Positions 46,501 to 60,525 of a stretch of 64,000 nucleotides of DNA are shown one piece after another. The position numbers were made by a program, and so were the translations under genes. The DNA is taken from positions 822,371 to 886,370 of the forward strand of contig NW_003314278.1 of assembly GCF_000143415.4 (NCBI RefSeq), in the 5' to 3' direction. How positions within the stretch are numbered: position 1 is the first letter of the stretch; each line of letters opens with the position of its first letter. The stretch is from Selaginella moellendorffii (Eukaryota; Plantae; Lycopodiophyta). The notes below the pieces were generated by a model. The model saw nothing but the letters and a program-made list of their open reading frames with translations. It had not been told where the DNA came from and made no database searches.

Positions 46501-48221
46501 TCTGACATCCCCTCTTAGCTGCTTTTTGAGCGGCCCTCACAGTCAGGAACTTTGCATCCCAATCCTTTGAGGAACGCTTTTGCAACTGAAAGGATACATC
46601 AGGACGTCCTTCTGACTTCAACGTGATATGACTTTGTCCAGCACCATAAATCCCTTTTATATACTTATTGAAGAAATCCATACCAAACACCATCTGAAAA
46701 TCTGATATCTTCAACACTACCAAGTCCACTCTTTCTTTCCACTTGGATATCTTTATTGGAACATCACTCACAAACTTTCTGCCTACTTGCCCACCTTCCA
46801 CAAACCGGAAGTGCATAGGCGACATTTGCTCAGCATTCAATCCTAACAACTTAACTAAGTCATCGGATATCACGCTGTGCGTAGCTCCCGTGTCAATCAT
46901 CACTCGGATTCAGTGTCCACGGACAAAGCCTACCAGATACATCAACGGATCAGTGTTTGCATTGACTGCAAGAAAAGCTTGAGGAAAGCAACGAAAGTTA
47001 CTCACCTCTTCTTCCTCATAGTCTGCATTGACCAACTCGTCAACCCCTTCAGCTTCATCACCACCGTCTTCCCTCATGACATTAACCCGAGACCTTGTCT
47101 TATGCTTGTTGGGACATTCCGAGGACCTATGTCCCAACTCTCCACAATGGAAGCAATGACCCACACTACCCATTCCGCTAGGAGCAGGTTTTGCAAGTTG
47201 TTGCTGCTTGTACCGGGAGAGGAACAGAGGGCCTAGGACCAGAAGAGGCTGCTGGTGGTCTCCAACCACCACCACCTTTATTAACCGTAGGTTGTGAGCC
47301 CCCAGGGCGGTACCTACTTTCCACCCTTTGTTTCCGATCACCTTGCTTATTCCCAGAATTCCTATTCTTATCCGAGTTACCAGCATAAGGTTGCTGATAT
47401 TGTTCCATGAGCGAGTGACTAAAGGCAACTTGCTGTGCTGCCTCCTTACACTCCAAGTACGTCTTTGGCTTAAACTTCAAAATCTCATTACGAGAAAGTG
47501 AACTTAAACCCTCCAGGAAATAACTCCGAGCATCTTCGTCACTCATATTTGCAATCATAATGCGCTTCTGAGCAAACGCATTAACATAATGCATGAGATC
47601 CCCTCGCTGCTTTAACCGCTGCAGCTCCGCGCGAAGTCTCAGACCAAGATCATCAGGCAAGTATTCCTTACGGATACGAGACCGCATCTTGGTCCAACTT
47701 CTAGTTTGCCCCTTTTCAGCACACACTTGGCGCCACCAAGTTTTGGCATGATCGGTGAGAAAGGATTGCACACACACAACTTTCGTACGATCATCTACGT
47801 CTACCGCTATGAAATAGTTTTCCATATCGTAGACCCAGTCTTCCAAAACCTGATAGTCCCGCATGCCTCTGAAGTTGGGTGGTTTCGGAGGCTTGAACTT
47901 TGAAACTCGTGCAACCGGGGGCGGCTGCAGAACTTCATCGTCCTCAGAACTCGAAGAGGAGTCCGGTTGCTTAGGCTTAGCTGGTTTAGCTGCCTCAGCC
48001 TCTTTCTTCCTCTTCTTGTTCTCCTTTTTCAATTTGCGAACCTCCTTTCGCAAATTCTCGATCTCGACTTCCTGAGCCATTCGTTGCAGCGCCGCAGCAT
48101 TTGGCTCTTCCTCTTCTGACTCAGCCTCAGCCTCTTCCGCAGCATCTTTAGCAGGAGTTTCCTCCTCTCGATTCGCCCGTCTAGAGGTTTCAGCGTTATC
48201 AGCACGGTTCCTCTTCACCAT
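43512..48221 (-). pseudogene. gag-pol of element 2 with about four lesions
   Basis: Frameshift near 47200-47250 before CFHCGELGHRSSEC; TGA at 46910 before IDTGATHS; RT LYIDD; RNase H HCDASG; integrase HHCC and core; TAG at 44039; 1-nt frameshift near 43650 in the chromodomain. Confidence 0.92.
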
Positions 48222-48412
48222 CCTGCTAGCTGCATGCATGCCTCTATCAGTAACTGAACATGCATACAACGTTCTTACCAAATGGTGCTATCCAACTAAT
48301 CCTACACAGGTCGCTTCGGATCTACTAGAAAAGTCTCTACGTATGCAACTTAAGTCAGAAAATCTGACAAAAGTTGGATAGAAATCGCTAAGACAATTCC
48401 TCTGATACCAAA

Positions 48413-49343
48413 TGTAGCGCACCTGAATTTTGGAGCCGAACTCCAAGCCTGTTGCGCTACGAAATGAGGGTCCGGTACAATCCTACGAGCACCAGCTCCC
48501 CATATCCAGCACCTGCACGCAAAATGGTGTCAGACGGAGTCTGGCACGATTTTGGCATACCGGTGGCCTGACGCGAGAAGGAGGGTACTCCACCGACTAG
48601 AGTAGCGTGGAGCTTGGGCTTAGACCCAAGCCGGACGCAGAACAAGGAGTGACACAGCCCAGCGGGAGCCAAACTAATGTCTCAGGTGGTCGGACATGCA
48701 TTCCAACCACTATCCCTACTATACATTTGGAACCCCCTACAGCCCCCCCCCCCCCCCCCCCGCTTGAGGAACACACGCTTTGGGCTTTCACCCCAAGCCA
48801 CCCTTAGTACCAGGAGTTAGTCTTTAGGACAAGTATGAAACTTACTAAATATGGAATGGCTTTAGATTGCGAATTTGGACACGGGACGAACACCATTGTG
48901 TTCAGGCCGACCTCTACATTCCGTAGACATGCCAAATGAGCGAATCTAGACACTTTCCATAATTAGCACTTGGGACCAAAATGAGACTAACACAAAGGGC
49001 GTGATAGCGAGGGTGTTTGGCAGACACGGTAAGTTATCATCCGGCGATATTGAGGGACTAGTCTCAATACGCGAGGGTTCTTGCCAAGCCAGTGCAAGAT
49101 AGAGCAAAAGAGAACTAAAAAGCCGGGCCAAGTATGCTTGGCCAAATAGACACTTAGGAATTCCGTCCTTATGCTCATCCGGCCAAGTACAGATGCTAAG
49201 TCCAGTTTACTAACACTTGGACAAGAGGGGCCAATAAAGGGAACCAGCAGTACCGACCTCCTGCCGTCATGGCAGTAAGGAAAGAATGCCCGTAAGGACT
49301 GGTCGACAAGTATCTTTCGATACCCGAAGTCACATTTGCGAAA
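48413..49343 (-). repeat. 5' LTR of element 2 (931 bp; terminal CA mutated to AA)
   Basis: About a dozen substitutions plus a 6-nt longer poly-C tract relative to the other LTR (counted by eye). Confidence 0.95.
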
Positions 49344-49348
49344 CCAAC

Positions 49349-49755
49349 AAAAATTAATCATGGGACTTATAAATCCCAAGCCTTAAATGCATCTTTTACT
49401 TCGGGACGTCAAGGGGAAACACCATTGCTTAATAGCCCAACATAGGTACCCTACTCCCCTACCTCCATGGTAAATGGCCTAGGAAGGAGTGAGGACCAAT
49501 AAGCCATATGATACTTAAATAGGGCATCACTCCACATGAGCCAAAAGCACCATAATTGATTTCCCTTTTGGAAGTGAGAATTACTTTTAACACTTCCTTG
49601 GGAGGCCTTTTTGGCACTCCCAAGTCCACATGCTCACTCCTACCCAAGGCCACTAACTTTTAATCCTAACCTTAATTCAATTTGGAAACACCACTGAAGA
49701 GTTCCTTTAAGACTAGGTTTTCAGCCTCATTACCCTTCTATACTTTTGGAATAGG
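49349..49755 (-). repeat. Right piece of the split element-1-family LTR
   Basis: Continues the alignment to about 40926-41342 from the point where the left piece stops. Confidence 0.75.
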
Positions 49756-51113
49756 TTGACAAATTAAGTCCTTTAAACTCTTTATATTCTGGGAATGATA
49801 CAAATAATGCATCATAATTTCACTTTGAAGGCCATCAATGAAGTAGAACTTATTTTAACATGGATCATGTGTTGAAATATAGGTAATTAAGTGAGTAAAC
49901 AAAATCTTTATCCTAAGGATGAGTTGTACTAGTGATCATCCTTTCTAGGAAACTCTACTGAAGCTCTTGGTCCATCATCTATAGCTATATACATCAAAGA
50001 GTCATTAGGATCTTCACTCTAAGATAATACACCTTTGAATTGAGTAACACAAACACTAGATGAGTTTTTAATTTTATCTATTAGTCACACTTGATAAGTT
50101 TCTTTACCAATGTCTTTGAAGACTATATATAGCTTAGCATATTATAAGCTTTAGACTTTTCTGAATGGGGTGCATTCTTCTAGCATTAGTATCAGTATAT
50201 TCTAAAATTTGGACTTTATAGAAGGTCACCCAACCCAGTACTATTCAAATTAAAATATACTTAACCCTAAGTATCTCAATTAAAAACAAAAAAGGGTGCA
50301 CTCTTGTTCATAAACCTTGTCCCTTTATATTTAAACCTCTATATTTTGTCTTTTGGGTCATTCTTTTTAGTTTTTACATATATTTATGAGAAAATTTATC
50401 ACTTTTCCCACTTGATATAGGCATTAAGTTATTCTATAACTCACTTGGTGCAATTATCACTCACACAAAGATAAAATCTCCTATATGATATTTCTAAAAT
50501 TGGCAATACTTATTGGTAAATTTCTCAACTCTATCATAAGCCACATATAAATTCCATCACTACTAGAATCTCATTAATTTTGTGGTAAATTAATTTCTTT
50601 TGAATCAAATTTGTCTTGAACATCCTTGGTCAAATGTAATCCCAACTCCAATACTACACTTTGAGGAATAGGGTTTAGGGTTTAGGAAAAATGTTATAAA
50701 AGTCCATCTAACTTCTACTATGATACTTTACCTACTGATAGAGTATAATTTGTAATACTTAAGGATATCAATCAATTTTCATATTCTCCTAATAAAATTT
50801 ACATTTAATTAGCTCATATGTCTTCTTCCCCCTAAATTAACTAATCTCTAAACAATTATGATAGTGGAATAGAACCTAATTAATCACCTCATCCACTAGA
50901 GCAATAAATACAGCCATTGTAGTAAAGAATCTCATCTATCAAAGTGAAAAGGGCTTCTATCAAAAAGATAACTTTAGCATCTTGAGCATAAGCAAACTCC
51001 CAGACACTTACTTAAATGAATAAAATATGTTTATAGATTTGACACATGACAAAGCTTCCTCTGTCACATAATCGTCGTACCGGCTCAGTCTGCTTCTGTC
51101 TCCCAAGTCCATT

Positions 51114-52098
51114 NNNNNNNNNNNNNNNNNNNNNNNNNNNNNNNNNNNNNNNNNNNNNNNNNNNNNNNNNNNNNNNNNNNNNNNNNNNNNNNNNNNNNNN
51201 NNNNNNNNNNNNNNNNNNNNNNNNNNNNNNNNNNNNNNNNNNNNNNNNNNNNNNNNNNNNNNNNNNNNNNNNNNNNNNNNNNNNNNNNNNNNNNNNNNNN
51301 NNNNNNNNNNNNNNNNNNNNNNNNNNNNNNNNNNNNNNNNNNNNNNNNNNNNNNNNNNNNNNNNNNNNNNNNNNNNNNNNNNNNNNNNNNNNNNNNNNNN
51401 NNNNNNNNNNNNNNNNNNNNNNNNNNNNNNNNNNNNNNNNNNNNNNNNNNNNNNNNNNNNNNNNNNNNNNNNNNNNNNNNNNNNNNNNNNNNNNNNNNNN
51501 NNNNNNNNNNNNNNNNNNNNNNNNNNNNNNNNNNNNNNNNNNNNNNNNNNNNNNNNNNNNNNNNNNNNNNNNNNNNNNNNNNNNNNNNNNNNNNNNNNNN
51601 NNNNNNNNNNNNNNNNNNNNNNNNNNNNNNNNNNNNNNNNNNNNNNNNNNNNNNNNNNNNNNNNNNNNNNNNNNNNNNNNNNNNNNNNNNNNNNNNNNNN
51701 NNNNNNNNNNNNNNNNNNNNNNNNNNNNNNNNNNNNNNNNNNNNNNNNNNNNNNNNNNNNNNNNNNNNNNNNNNNNNNNNNNNNNNNNNNNNNNNNNNNN
51801 NNNNNNNNNNNNNNNNNNNNNNNNNNNNNNNNNNNNNNNNNNNNNNNNNNNNNNNNNNNNNNNNNNNNNNNNNNNNNNNNNNNNNNNNNNNNNNNNNNNN
51901 NNNNNNNNNNNNNNNNNNNNNNNNNNNNNNNNNNNNNNNNNNNNNNNNNNNNNNNNNNNNNNNNNNNNNNNNNNNNNNNNNNNNNNNNNNNNNNNNNNNN
52001 NNNNNNNNNNNNNNNNNNNNNNNNNNNNNNNNNNNNNNNNNNNNNNNNNNNNNNNNNNNNNNNNNNNNNNNNNNNNNNNNNNNNNNNNNNNNNNNNNN
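51114..52098. other. Assembly gap (985 N)
   Basis: Run of N. Confidence 1.
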
Positions 52099-53569
52099 CC
52101 TTATGTATATCATTCCTCTCCTCCATATATGTCTTAGTCTTTCAAGTCACGAAAAAACATCTCTAAAGCACCTTTCCATTATAACAAGCATATTTCAAAA
52201 ATGTAGTAAAAAGCATACTAGTAGAAGGTTGAACTCTCTCTCTCCCAACTACACATTGTTGATGGCACCATACTCTAGCAAAATACACTTAATGCTTGAC
52301 TTTATCTTTAACTCTTGAAGTTCATATAGGCTAGTCTTCCACCAAACCACTATTTTTTGGATTTGTCTTGACAACTGTAGATGTTATAATATGGCCTAGA
52401 TACTCTACCTACAAAAGTGCACCCTTTTTTCCAATAGATTAAGAGTTTTACAATATTTGGGATTAAGCAACTTTAGATTTAAATAGTATTGGGCTGGGTG
52501 ATATCCTATGAAGTCAAAATTCAAGAGTTTATACTTATATATACCACTCTAAGCATAAAGGCTCTTGTACTTTTTTTTTTTACAATACATAGCCATTTGG
52601 AAGCTGTGTTGTCCTTGACAAATGTGAAAAACTTGCATCCTCAAATTATAGCTTGTGTTGCATTTATCTTGCAACTATTTTGCCTTATTCCTCATAAACC
52701 AAGGGCTTGGGTGTTGACAAACACTATAATCCTAAGCATGGTAAAGATTATGGTTCTTCTCATGATTGCCTCTTCATGTTTTACAGTGTTGGATTTCAAA
52801 GGTTTTGTCAAGCAAAGGATGGAGTTTCACTAATTTTTTTGGAGCTTTATAAATTCCATCATCACTATATTCTAGGTGCCCATTTGTCTCATAAGTTGGC
52901 AAATCTTTACTCTTCTATCTTACAGGTGATAATTACTGATATTTTTCCTTGCATTATGATTAATATTATGGTCCCAGCCTACAATAACAACTAACTATGG
53001 TTTTCGAGTAGTGGGCTTTGTTTACTTTATAGTGCTCATTATTGTTGCAAACATTGTTATTATCTTGGATGTGAACACTTGATGAAGAGGTAAATGTTTT
53101 ATTTTGTGTATAATCCCAGGCAAAGCAAAATAAGAAAGCTTAAGCGAAATGGAGTTACACTAAACTTAGGCATCTAAAGAAGAAAGACTTGACTTAGACA
53201 ACACTTATCATAGAAAAACATAAAGCAGTTAGGATTGGTTATAAAATCATATAGTAAATATATAGCACTTAAACATGCTAGAAAACAGCCCCCACTCATT
53301 TTTGTATGCCATTGTATTAAATTAACCATCTTTTCTCCCACTTATAACTGTTTGTGCAAAGTAAAGTTAACATATGCTCCCATTGACTTATTCAGGCAAG
53401 GACCCTCTTGTAAGTGATTAAATTTTCCATTTTACTTTTGTTACTTAACCATGCTTTTGACCTCTTGGAAGAGTCTATAAGAAACTAATTTTTCCATTAT
53501 AGTTTAATCATTTAATCACATCTTTGACCACTTAGAGGAGTCTTACTCACAACTTCTATAAATCTTATT

Positions 53570-54732
53570 TGTGATTTAAGGACTTGCTAGCCCATAAATG
53601 GCCTCTATGCCATTCTACCTTTGCACTTGTTCCAACTGCTCCACATGTCCAATCCTATTATAAACACCTAAAAGTACCACTAATATATCAACCCATTATG
53701 CTAAGGCCATATCCATTTGCCTTTATCTCATTGGTAGTCCAAGACTACCCATATTATAGTCCTATCTCCTAAAGACTAAACTATCCATCTATGAGTGGTC
53801 ATCCCATAACCATATCTTAGCATCCTTAGGATGCTTGAGGATATGGGGAATACCTTTCCCCAATATGCTTTCTTTTGTCCTTATCAAATCTCTCTTCATC
53901 CATGGTAGTGCTCACTAATAATGCCATTAGGTTAGGGCTAAGTACTATTAACTTCTGAGACTTCCTCACTATATGACTATACCTTTGGTTATTATGGAAG
54001 AGGATTTCTCCTCTTCCTTTCCACAATTTAGGACTTTGGGATGATATTTTAAAATAGCATTTCAAAATATACTAACCTTTCCTAGCCAAATTGATTCCAC
54101 TATAATTCAACCCCCACACTCTCCCTACTATCCTTTTAGAACCCTCTGTAGCCACCCTCCCCTTGAGGAATGATCACTTTGGGCTTTCACCCTATGACTT
54201 GTATTAGTATTTGAACATGGTTTCAGACTCAGTCTCAGACTCAGACCCAGACTCAAACTCAGACCCAGACTCGGACTCAGACCAGACCTGAACTCACACC
54301 AGACCTGAACTCACACTTACATTCAAGCTCAAACTTGATCTTGGTCTCAATCTTGGTCTCGGTATTGGTCTTAGTTTTGGACCTAGACTCCATCTCAAAC
54401 TCTATCTCGGACTCCATCTCAAACTCCATCTCGGACTCCATCTTAGACTCTTTCTAAGACTCCTTCTCAGACTCCATTTCAGGCTTTGTCTCAGACTTGG
54501 TTTTGATACTTGCCATGTGTCAGTCACTCTTGTGTCCCTTTCTAAAGACATGTTCATTGACCGCTTTGTGCTTATTCCTCAGGCACTTCTTTAGGAATTC
54601 CACTCCTACTCTCGACTTTCTGAGTTGGAACCTTTAGTCCAAATGTGTTATGCTTATTAGACTCCTGCTTTGACCACTGCTATATGGCACACTTTTGGCT
54701 CCACTTTGTGGCTTAGGGACTTGTGTCTCAAA
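53570..54732 (-). repeat. Old, CpG-depleted LTR remnant; inverted homologue of the LTR at 62441-64000; left boundary approximate
   Basis: Reverse-complement similarity, e.g. 53683 ATATATCAACCCATTATGCTAAGGCCAT versus the window end; terminus TTGTGTCTCA; contains the shared box and a 12-bp array (about 54225-54500). Confidence 0.75.
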
Positions 54733-56769
54733 ACTCCACCACCTATAGATGAAGTTTAATGTCCTCATCGAATGATAAACCATTTTAAAAACCCCATCAT
54801 GGATTATTATCTTCATCCTCGGCACCAAAACACTAGTCATCAATGGCTCACCAAGCCTTACCCATCCTCTAAAGAACATAGCCTCCCCATCTTAGAGACT
54901 TATTAGATCACCTTTGGTGCTTTTCTCCCTTTATTAGTTTAGATCCTACTAAATCCACTAAAGGCTCTCTACCTCTATTTTACTATTCATTCTAGACTAG
55001 TCTTGAACTTTATCCACATAACTAATGCATTTTGAATCTTTATTATTGACTTCTTATGTCAATTTCCTAAGTTTCTTCAACACTTTATATTACTTATGTT
55101 GTATGAACTCCACTTCCCCATTCTAGAAAGGTATTTACTTGAGTGCACTATTACCCCCTCCTTTATTTTGGGCCACCTTGGGCATTATAATTCAATTATC
55201 CATAATTTGTGCTAAAGTTGTCTATAGTCTTATTATTTGGCTTCCTTACCACTCCATCTTTAGAAGCTTTTGCCTTTTGCCAAATTAGAGCATTTGGGGA
55301 ATCCCATCTTTGGATACATATTTCCTTTCTTACAATTCGTTAACATCCAGCATATGGTGGTTTTCTACCTAATTTATTTTTTCTAACAATTTTCAATGCC
55401 TATTCCTAGCCATTAATCTTTTGCTTTTATCCTTTGAGTGTTACACTAAACAATTGTCCTTGATTTTCTAGCTATGGAATCACTAAATGATCCCACATAG
55501 ATATCTTAATAGGTTTACCAATAGATACTCATGCCCTAGTAGGTTCGGACTCAAACACAAGCACTAGAGGGTTGGGACTTGAATCTAACCTTTGTATGTA
55601 CATCTATGAATGGTATTACTTAGGATGTCTAGCATAACTCCCCAATTGATAACCATGCTAATTAGCTTTTTTTATATATATGTGGTATCGTCACAACTCA
55701 AGAACTTAATTCCTCCATGCCCTTTTACTTGACAAAATAGTTGATCAGCTTGTGATCATGTATGGACTCCTTCATGCTTGGTTCTTTATAGGCCACCTTT
55801 TGTCAAGTTAACACTTTCAACTAGGTGTACGCTTCTGAATTTGGATTTCTCAAAAGGTCAAATAACCCAGTATTATTTAAACTCAAGAACATTTAACCTC
55901 AAATATTCAAGACCCTTAATTGATTGGAAAAGAGGGTACATTTTTGTTCATGAGCTATTTCCCTCTATATTTAAACCCTTATAAACTATCTCTTGAGTCA
56001 TTCTTTTGGTTGCTTACACTATGGTATTTGTTCCTCTAATTTGCCAATCCCACTTAACAAGTCACCTAACTAATGTAACATAGTTTTTTGCATAAGTGTG
56101 AAAGTCCTCAAATATTGATTTTCGTTCAAAACCATCTCTCTAAACACACAGCAACTACTTCCCCAACTTTGATAACATTACCTCATGACAAACTTTAAGA
56201 CCACACTTCTACTACACCATTTTAATTTTGCACATTCCTATGAACCATTTACACTATCTTTCTAGGTACCAACCTACCCAGAATTATTTTTAAGAATATT
56301 GAAAGGACTCTATACCTTAGTTTGTTAAGGCTTCTCCTTTCGCAAGCTTCCTAATCACTATATGGTTTAACATTGACAATTCTACATTTTATAGTCTCCA
56401 TGGTAGCATAATTACCAATAGCAACACCCTTGTGCACCCACTTGATTCTTCATTCCCAATTTTTATAACCACCATTGGATATGCCTTTCAATTCTTATAA
56501 TTTGGTTTTATCATTTTACTACTTACTTTTAGGCTTATAAATTTCCTTTTGTTATCCTCCTCCAAACTAGAAGGGTTGTTTTATACTTTTTATCATGCCT
56601 TAGCAAACATTTTTAAGGATGAATCTACTAAATAGCCTAGAGAGTGGTTTCTCAATTTGGATATGCTCATCTTATAATTATATATACCAGGATTAACATT
56701 TGCTACTTATAGGCATTTATATATCCGTCATTAGCCATGCCAAAATCCTTTTGGATTTATCCACTTTAA

Positions 56770-57470
56770 ATAGTCAGACTTACTCTGTCTTTAGCTTTTG
56801 TTAACTTTGGACATTGGATAACACTTTCTATCCATTATTCTCCTAGGTCTTATTTAATGCCCCCATAATACTTAAACACCACCTTTTTTGTGTTTTAAGG
56901 TGTTTATAAATTTCAGTGATGGACTTCCTAAGTAATGAGCATTTCTTATTTATTACACTTACCCACTATATTGCAATATAAGCACAACATCCCTTAAGGG
57001 ATGTATTTAACTTCTTTTTTATCCCACTAAGAAGTTTCAAAAAGTTAGCTCCCACTTTTCAAACTAATTATTCCAAACCTTGGTTGCCTCATAGTTATTA
57101 TGTTTTACAACTCATTGGATTTATTCATTTGGATAGTCAGACTTATCTTGTCTCTAGCTTATGTCAAATTTTGATATTGCACCTTTTATCTATTATTTTC
57201 TAAAAAGTTATTTCCTTGGGCTTTATCTAATGCCCCTATAATGTAGTTTATGGTGCTTATATGTTTCAGTGATGGAGTTCTCAAGCAATGGGTATTTTCT
57301 ATAATAATACTAACCCACGATATTGTAACATAAGCACAACATTTCTTAAGAGATATATCTAACCTTCTTATCGTACCAAGAGGTTTTAAAAAGTTAACTC
57401 CTACTATTTTAACCAATTATTCTAAAGCTTTACCTAGTTGCCTTATAGTTATCATGTTGTACAATTCATT
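56770..57470. repeat. Degenerate tandem duplication of about 360 bp
   Basis: ATAGTCAGACTTA..TTTCAGTGATGGA..AAGCACAACAT..AAAGTTA.CTCC..TAGTTAT.ATGTT recurs at about 56770 and 57133. Confidence 0.7.
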
Positions 57471-60415
57471 GCCAATGCTTCTACACCTTCATTAATATTC
57501 AATATAAACAAATTAATTCTATGTCTACTAGCTTTAGATATGCTAATCCCATTTATATTCCTTTGGCAAAGGGTTCTCATGAACCAACCAACTTAACCTC
57601 AAGGCATCATCCTTTGATATATTTGATGTCTTCACACCATTAGCTCTATGAGCCTACCTTCACAACACTTCCCACTTTTATCTAGGTCTTGACAAGACAA
57701 TAATAGTCATTTTTTATGCCAAATATTAGTTAGCACTACTCTATAGTGTTTATATACAACTCTTTGCTAAAATTACTTTCTTCTGTAAACACCTTTTCAC
57801 AACTTTAGTATGGCACCTTCCACCTCAAAAATAGTCATGAGGCTAAGACATTACAAGATGTTAGATTAATAAAGTCCAAAAGCTGGATGCCTTGATGCAT
57901 CAATAAGATACCTATTGTTTTTATACTTAGATCTCATAATCTCCAATCATTCACTAAGTATAGCACATTTCTGTCTAAATATGTTTTCCCAAGTTTTTAG
58001 GACCATCCTTTGACACTCACACTTGAATACAAGTTCTTGTATTCATGTGTTATTCATAAAACTATCTTTATAAGTGTTACTCCAACACTTAATTATCCTT
58101 TGTTCTATATAGGTTACTTTTGCCCTTTAGAACTATCCTTCCATATGATGAGAACACTAACTTATCCTTTAAATACACCCATAACTCTTTGGGTTATGTC
58201 AATACTTATTAAAGGTAACCCCATTTACCATTTCAAAGATATATATCATCATCCATATTTGACCTTCCATACCCAAAACACATGGTCTTTGTGAATGTTA
58301 GAGAAGTATCCCACATTTTGTAGGGCATGTTTTGGGGCCCAAAATGCGGTCTTCATGAATTGTTAGGGAGGTACCACATATCCCACATGTGTGTTTTTTG
58401 GCGCCCAAGAACACAGGATTGTGAAGGTACACTACAGCTTTGGATCACACCAATTTTATCAACAACGATCTAAGAAGTGAAGAATACAACTTTGAGACTC
58501 AAGAATCTAACACTAAAGAAAATCAACAATTCAAGAACACATAACACAAGACTCAAGACTTCAACAAAAAGGCAAATTAACTTAAAAAATCTCAAGAAAT
58601 CAAGGTTAAGATCCAAACTCAAGAAATTAACTCAAAAAAAAACCTCAACAATCAAACACAAGAAAACAACTCCAAGAAGACTCTTGAAAATCAAGCTCGA
58701 AAACTCAACTCAAAGAAAATTTTCAAACTCCAAGTTCAAGAAATCAAGAAAAGATACCACTACAATAAAAACTCATCACAATCCATTAAGATTCAATAAC
58801 AAATGAACACAAGATCAATAGAAAATAAGTTCCAAGAAGGAAACAACATCAAGAAGGAGAAAATTCAAACTAGAGAATTGAACCTAAACCACTTGACACT
58901 TAGTCAAATTCTGAGAAAGGGTAAATGCCTAACCCTAGTGCTTTTGGCTATAGTACTGTATGCCAAGATCAAGAAACAAGATGGGAAAGCAAGGCACATA
59001 AGCACGTGGCATCATCAAGGATTTCATCTTTGATCCCAAGTTACTTAGCACGATTGGGGTGAGTCTCCTCTCACCTTGCAATCCTACTTGGAAAAGGATT
59101 AAGGAGCTCAACACTTGACTACACAGCCTTTATGAATTCTCCAAGATCATGGAAAAGTATATGACATCAACATTGCTAAGAAGATTTTCCCAACATACAA
59201 GGAAGACTTCGTGCAAACCAACGACTTTGAGTTTATCTTGAGCACCAAGTACTTCGCATGTGCATTCTAACTTCCCACTGGTGGAGAGTGAGTAACATTG
59301 ATTCCATGCACGAAGGGGATTTTACCAAAGTGTATCAAGGTACTTGAGAACTACAACAATAGAAATTCTTTATAAATGAGCAATGTGATTGATGAAGCCA
59401 AGCTGTGACTCAAGTTTTTGATCTCCACACTAGAGATGTGCAAGTCCATAACTTTCACTAGCAAAGCAATCATAAGTCTTTATAATGATTTGTAGTAGAA
59501 GACACAAGTTGACATTGTGAGCTACCTCTGTGACAAACTCATCAAGGAACCCTATGTCATGATGACAATGATGAGTTCTAATAGAAGCTCAACAAGTTCA
59601 AGAATGAGCTCTCTAGAGTTGCAGTAGCAACAAAACAAACTGATGCTCTAGAGCAGTGAGAGCTTTGAGACAAAGCTCAACTCAGTCATGGAGGAAAAGT
59701 GGAGTATAGGAAATCAACCTTGAATTTATAAGCATCTTCTTGAGTCTCGAGACACAAACCTTGAGACTCAAGAATAGGAGGTAGTTGCCACTACGTAGGA
59801 CTAGTTAAGGGGGTGAGTTAGCATTCAAACCCTATCCCTATCTCTTTTGTACTTTAGCCTTCAATCATCAATGCACATTTACATACTCAAGATATAGACT
59901 ACTCAAATGATGCCATGCCTATCCTTACTTATGATTACGCATATGAGCTTTCTTAGGGATTGAAGGTCTTAGGTTAGTTCCTAACTTAATCGTGTGTCTG
60001 GAAGCTTATATTCAAGATAGGAATTAGTAGTAGTGGTGCACAATCACAACAATAAGTACAAGTATAACATCAACAAAGCCCTCTATTTTTCCTGTAACAA
60101 ATTCTATCTCATACCTACACATAATTGTTCATTTAATAACAAGCAACTCTACCTAGTTTTTATGTGCACTCTTTTTAACCCTTATGGATCATCTTTCAAA
60201 TTATTCACTTTAATTTTTTACAATCCACCATACTTCTTTGGAAGTCTATGCCCTTGTGAATGGAAGCTAAGAGTTACAGCTCTCCCAAGAGCCCACTCTC
60301 TTGAAACCCTACCCCTTGGGTCGAGTCCAGCTAGAGGCAATTAAATCTACCAAATATCAATTTCAACATGTGGTGTCATTCCCCTAGCCAACCAACAAAG
60401 TCAGACTTGAGACTT

Positions 60416-60525
60416 CTCTAATACCAAATTGTAAGCTTCTGAATTTGAACTTCTTGAGAAGTCACCCAACCTAGTACTATTCAAACCCAAAGATATTTAA
60501 CCCCAAGTATCCCAAATATCTTAAT
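60416..60525 (-). mobile_element. Degenerate PBS (TGGTATTAGAG) plus LTR terminus of a further Gypsy family; related pieces at about 50200-50400 and 55826-56010
   Basis: CTCTAATACCA-AAT-TGTAAGCTTCTGAATTTG; the downstream GTCACCCAACC.AGTACTATTCAAA block recurs at the other two sites. Confidence 0.55.

Larger units (their letters stand above)
41974..49343 (-). mobile_element. Ty3/Gypsy chromovirus element 2: full length (7.37 kb), two LTRs, mutated gag-pol
   Basis: LTRs 41974-42898 and 48413-49343; PBS TGGTATCAGAG (tRNA-iMet) 48400-48410; PPT AGGGGGGAGAG about 42899-42910; near-perfect 5-bp TSD ACAAC/CCAAC; gag-PR-RT-RH-INT-chromodomain order. Confidence 0.96.

Noticed and set aside
46900-47260. 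Programmed frameshift or stop read-through between gag and pol in element 2
   Set aside because: The frameshift falls before the gag zinc knuckle with no slippery heptamer, the TGA and TAG stops fit CGA/CAG deamination, and further lesions exist downstream; these look like decay mutations.
51008-52137. Three ORFs of 340-370 aa in the ORF track
   Set aside because: Artefacts of translating the N gap.
58477-58806. Lys/Thr-rich 109-aa ORF
   Set aside because: Low-complexity A-rich sequence, non-ATG start, no domain signal.
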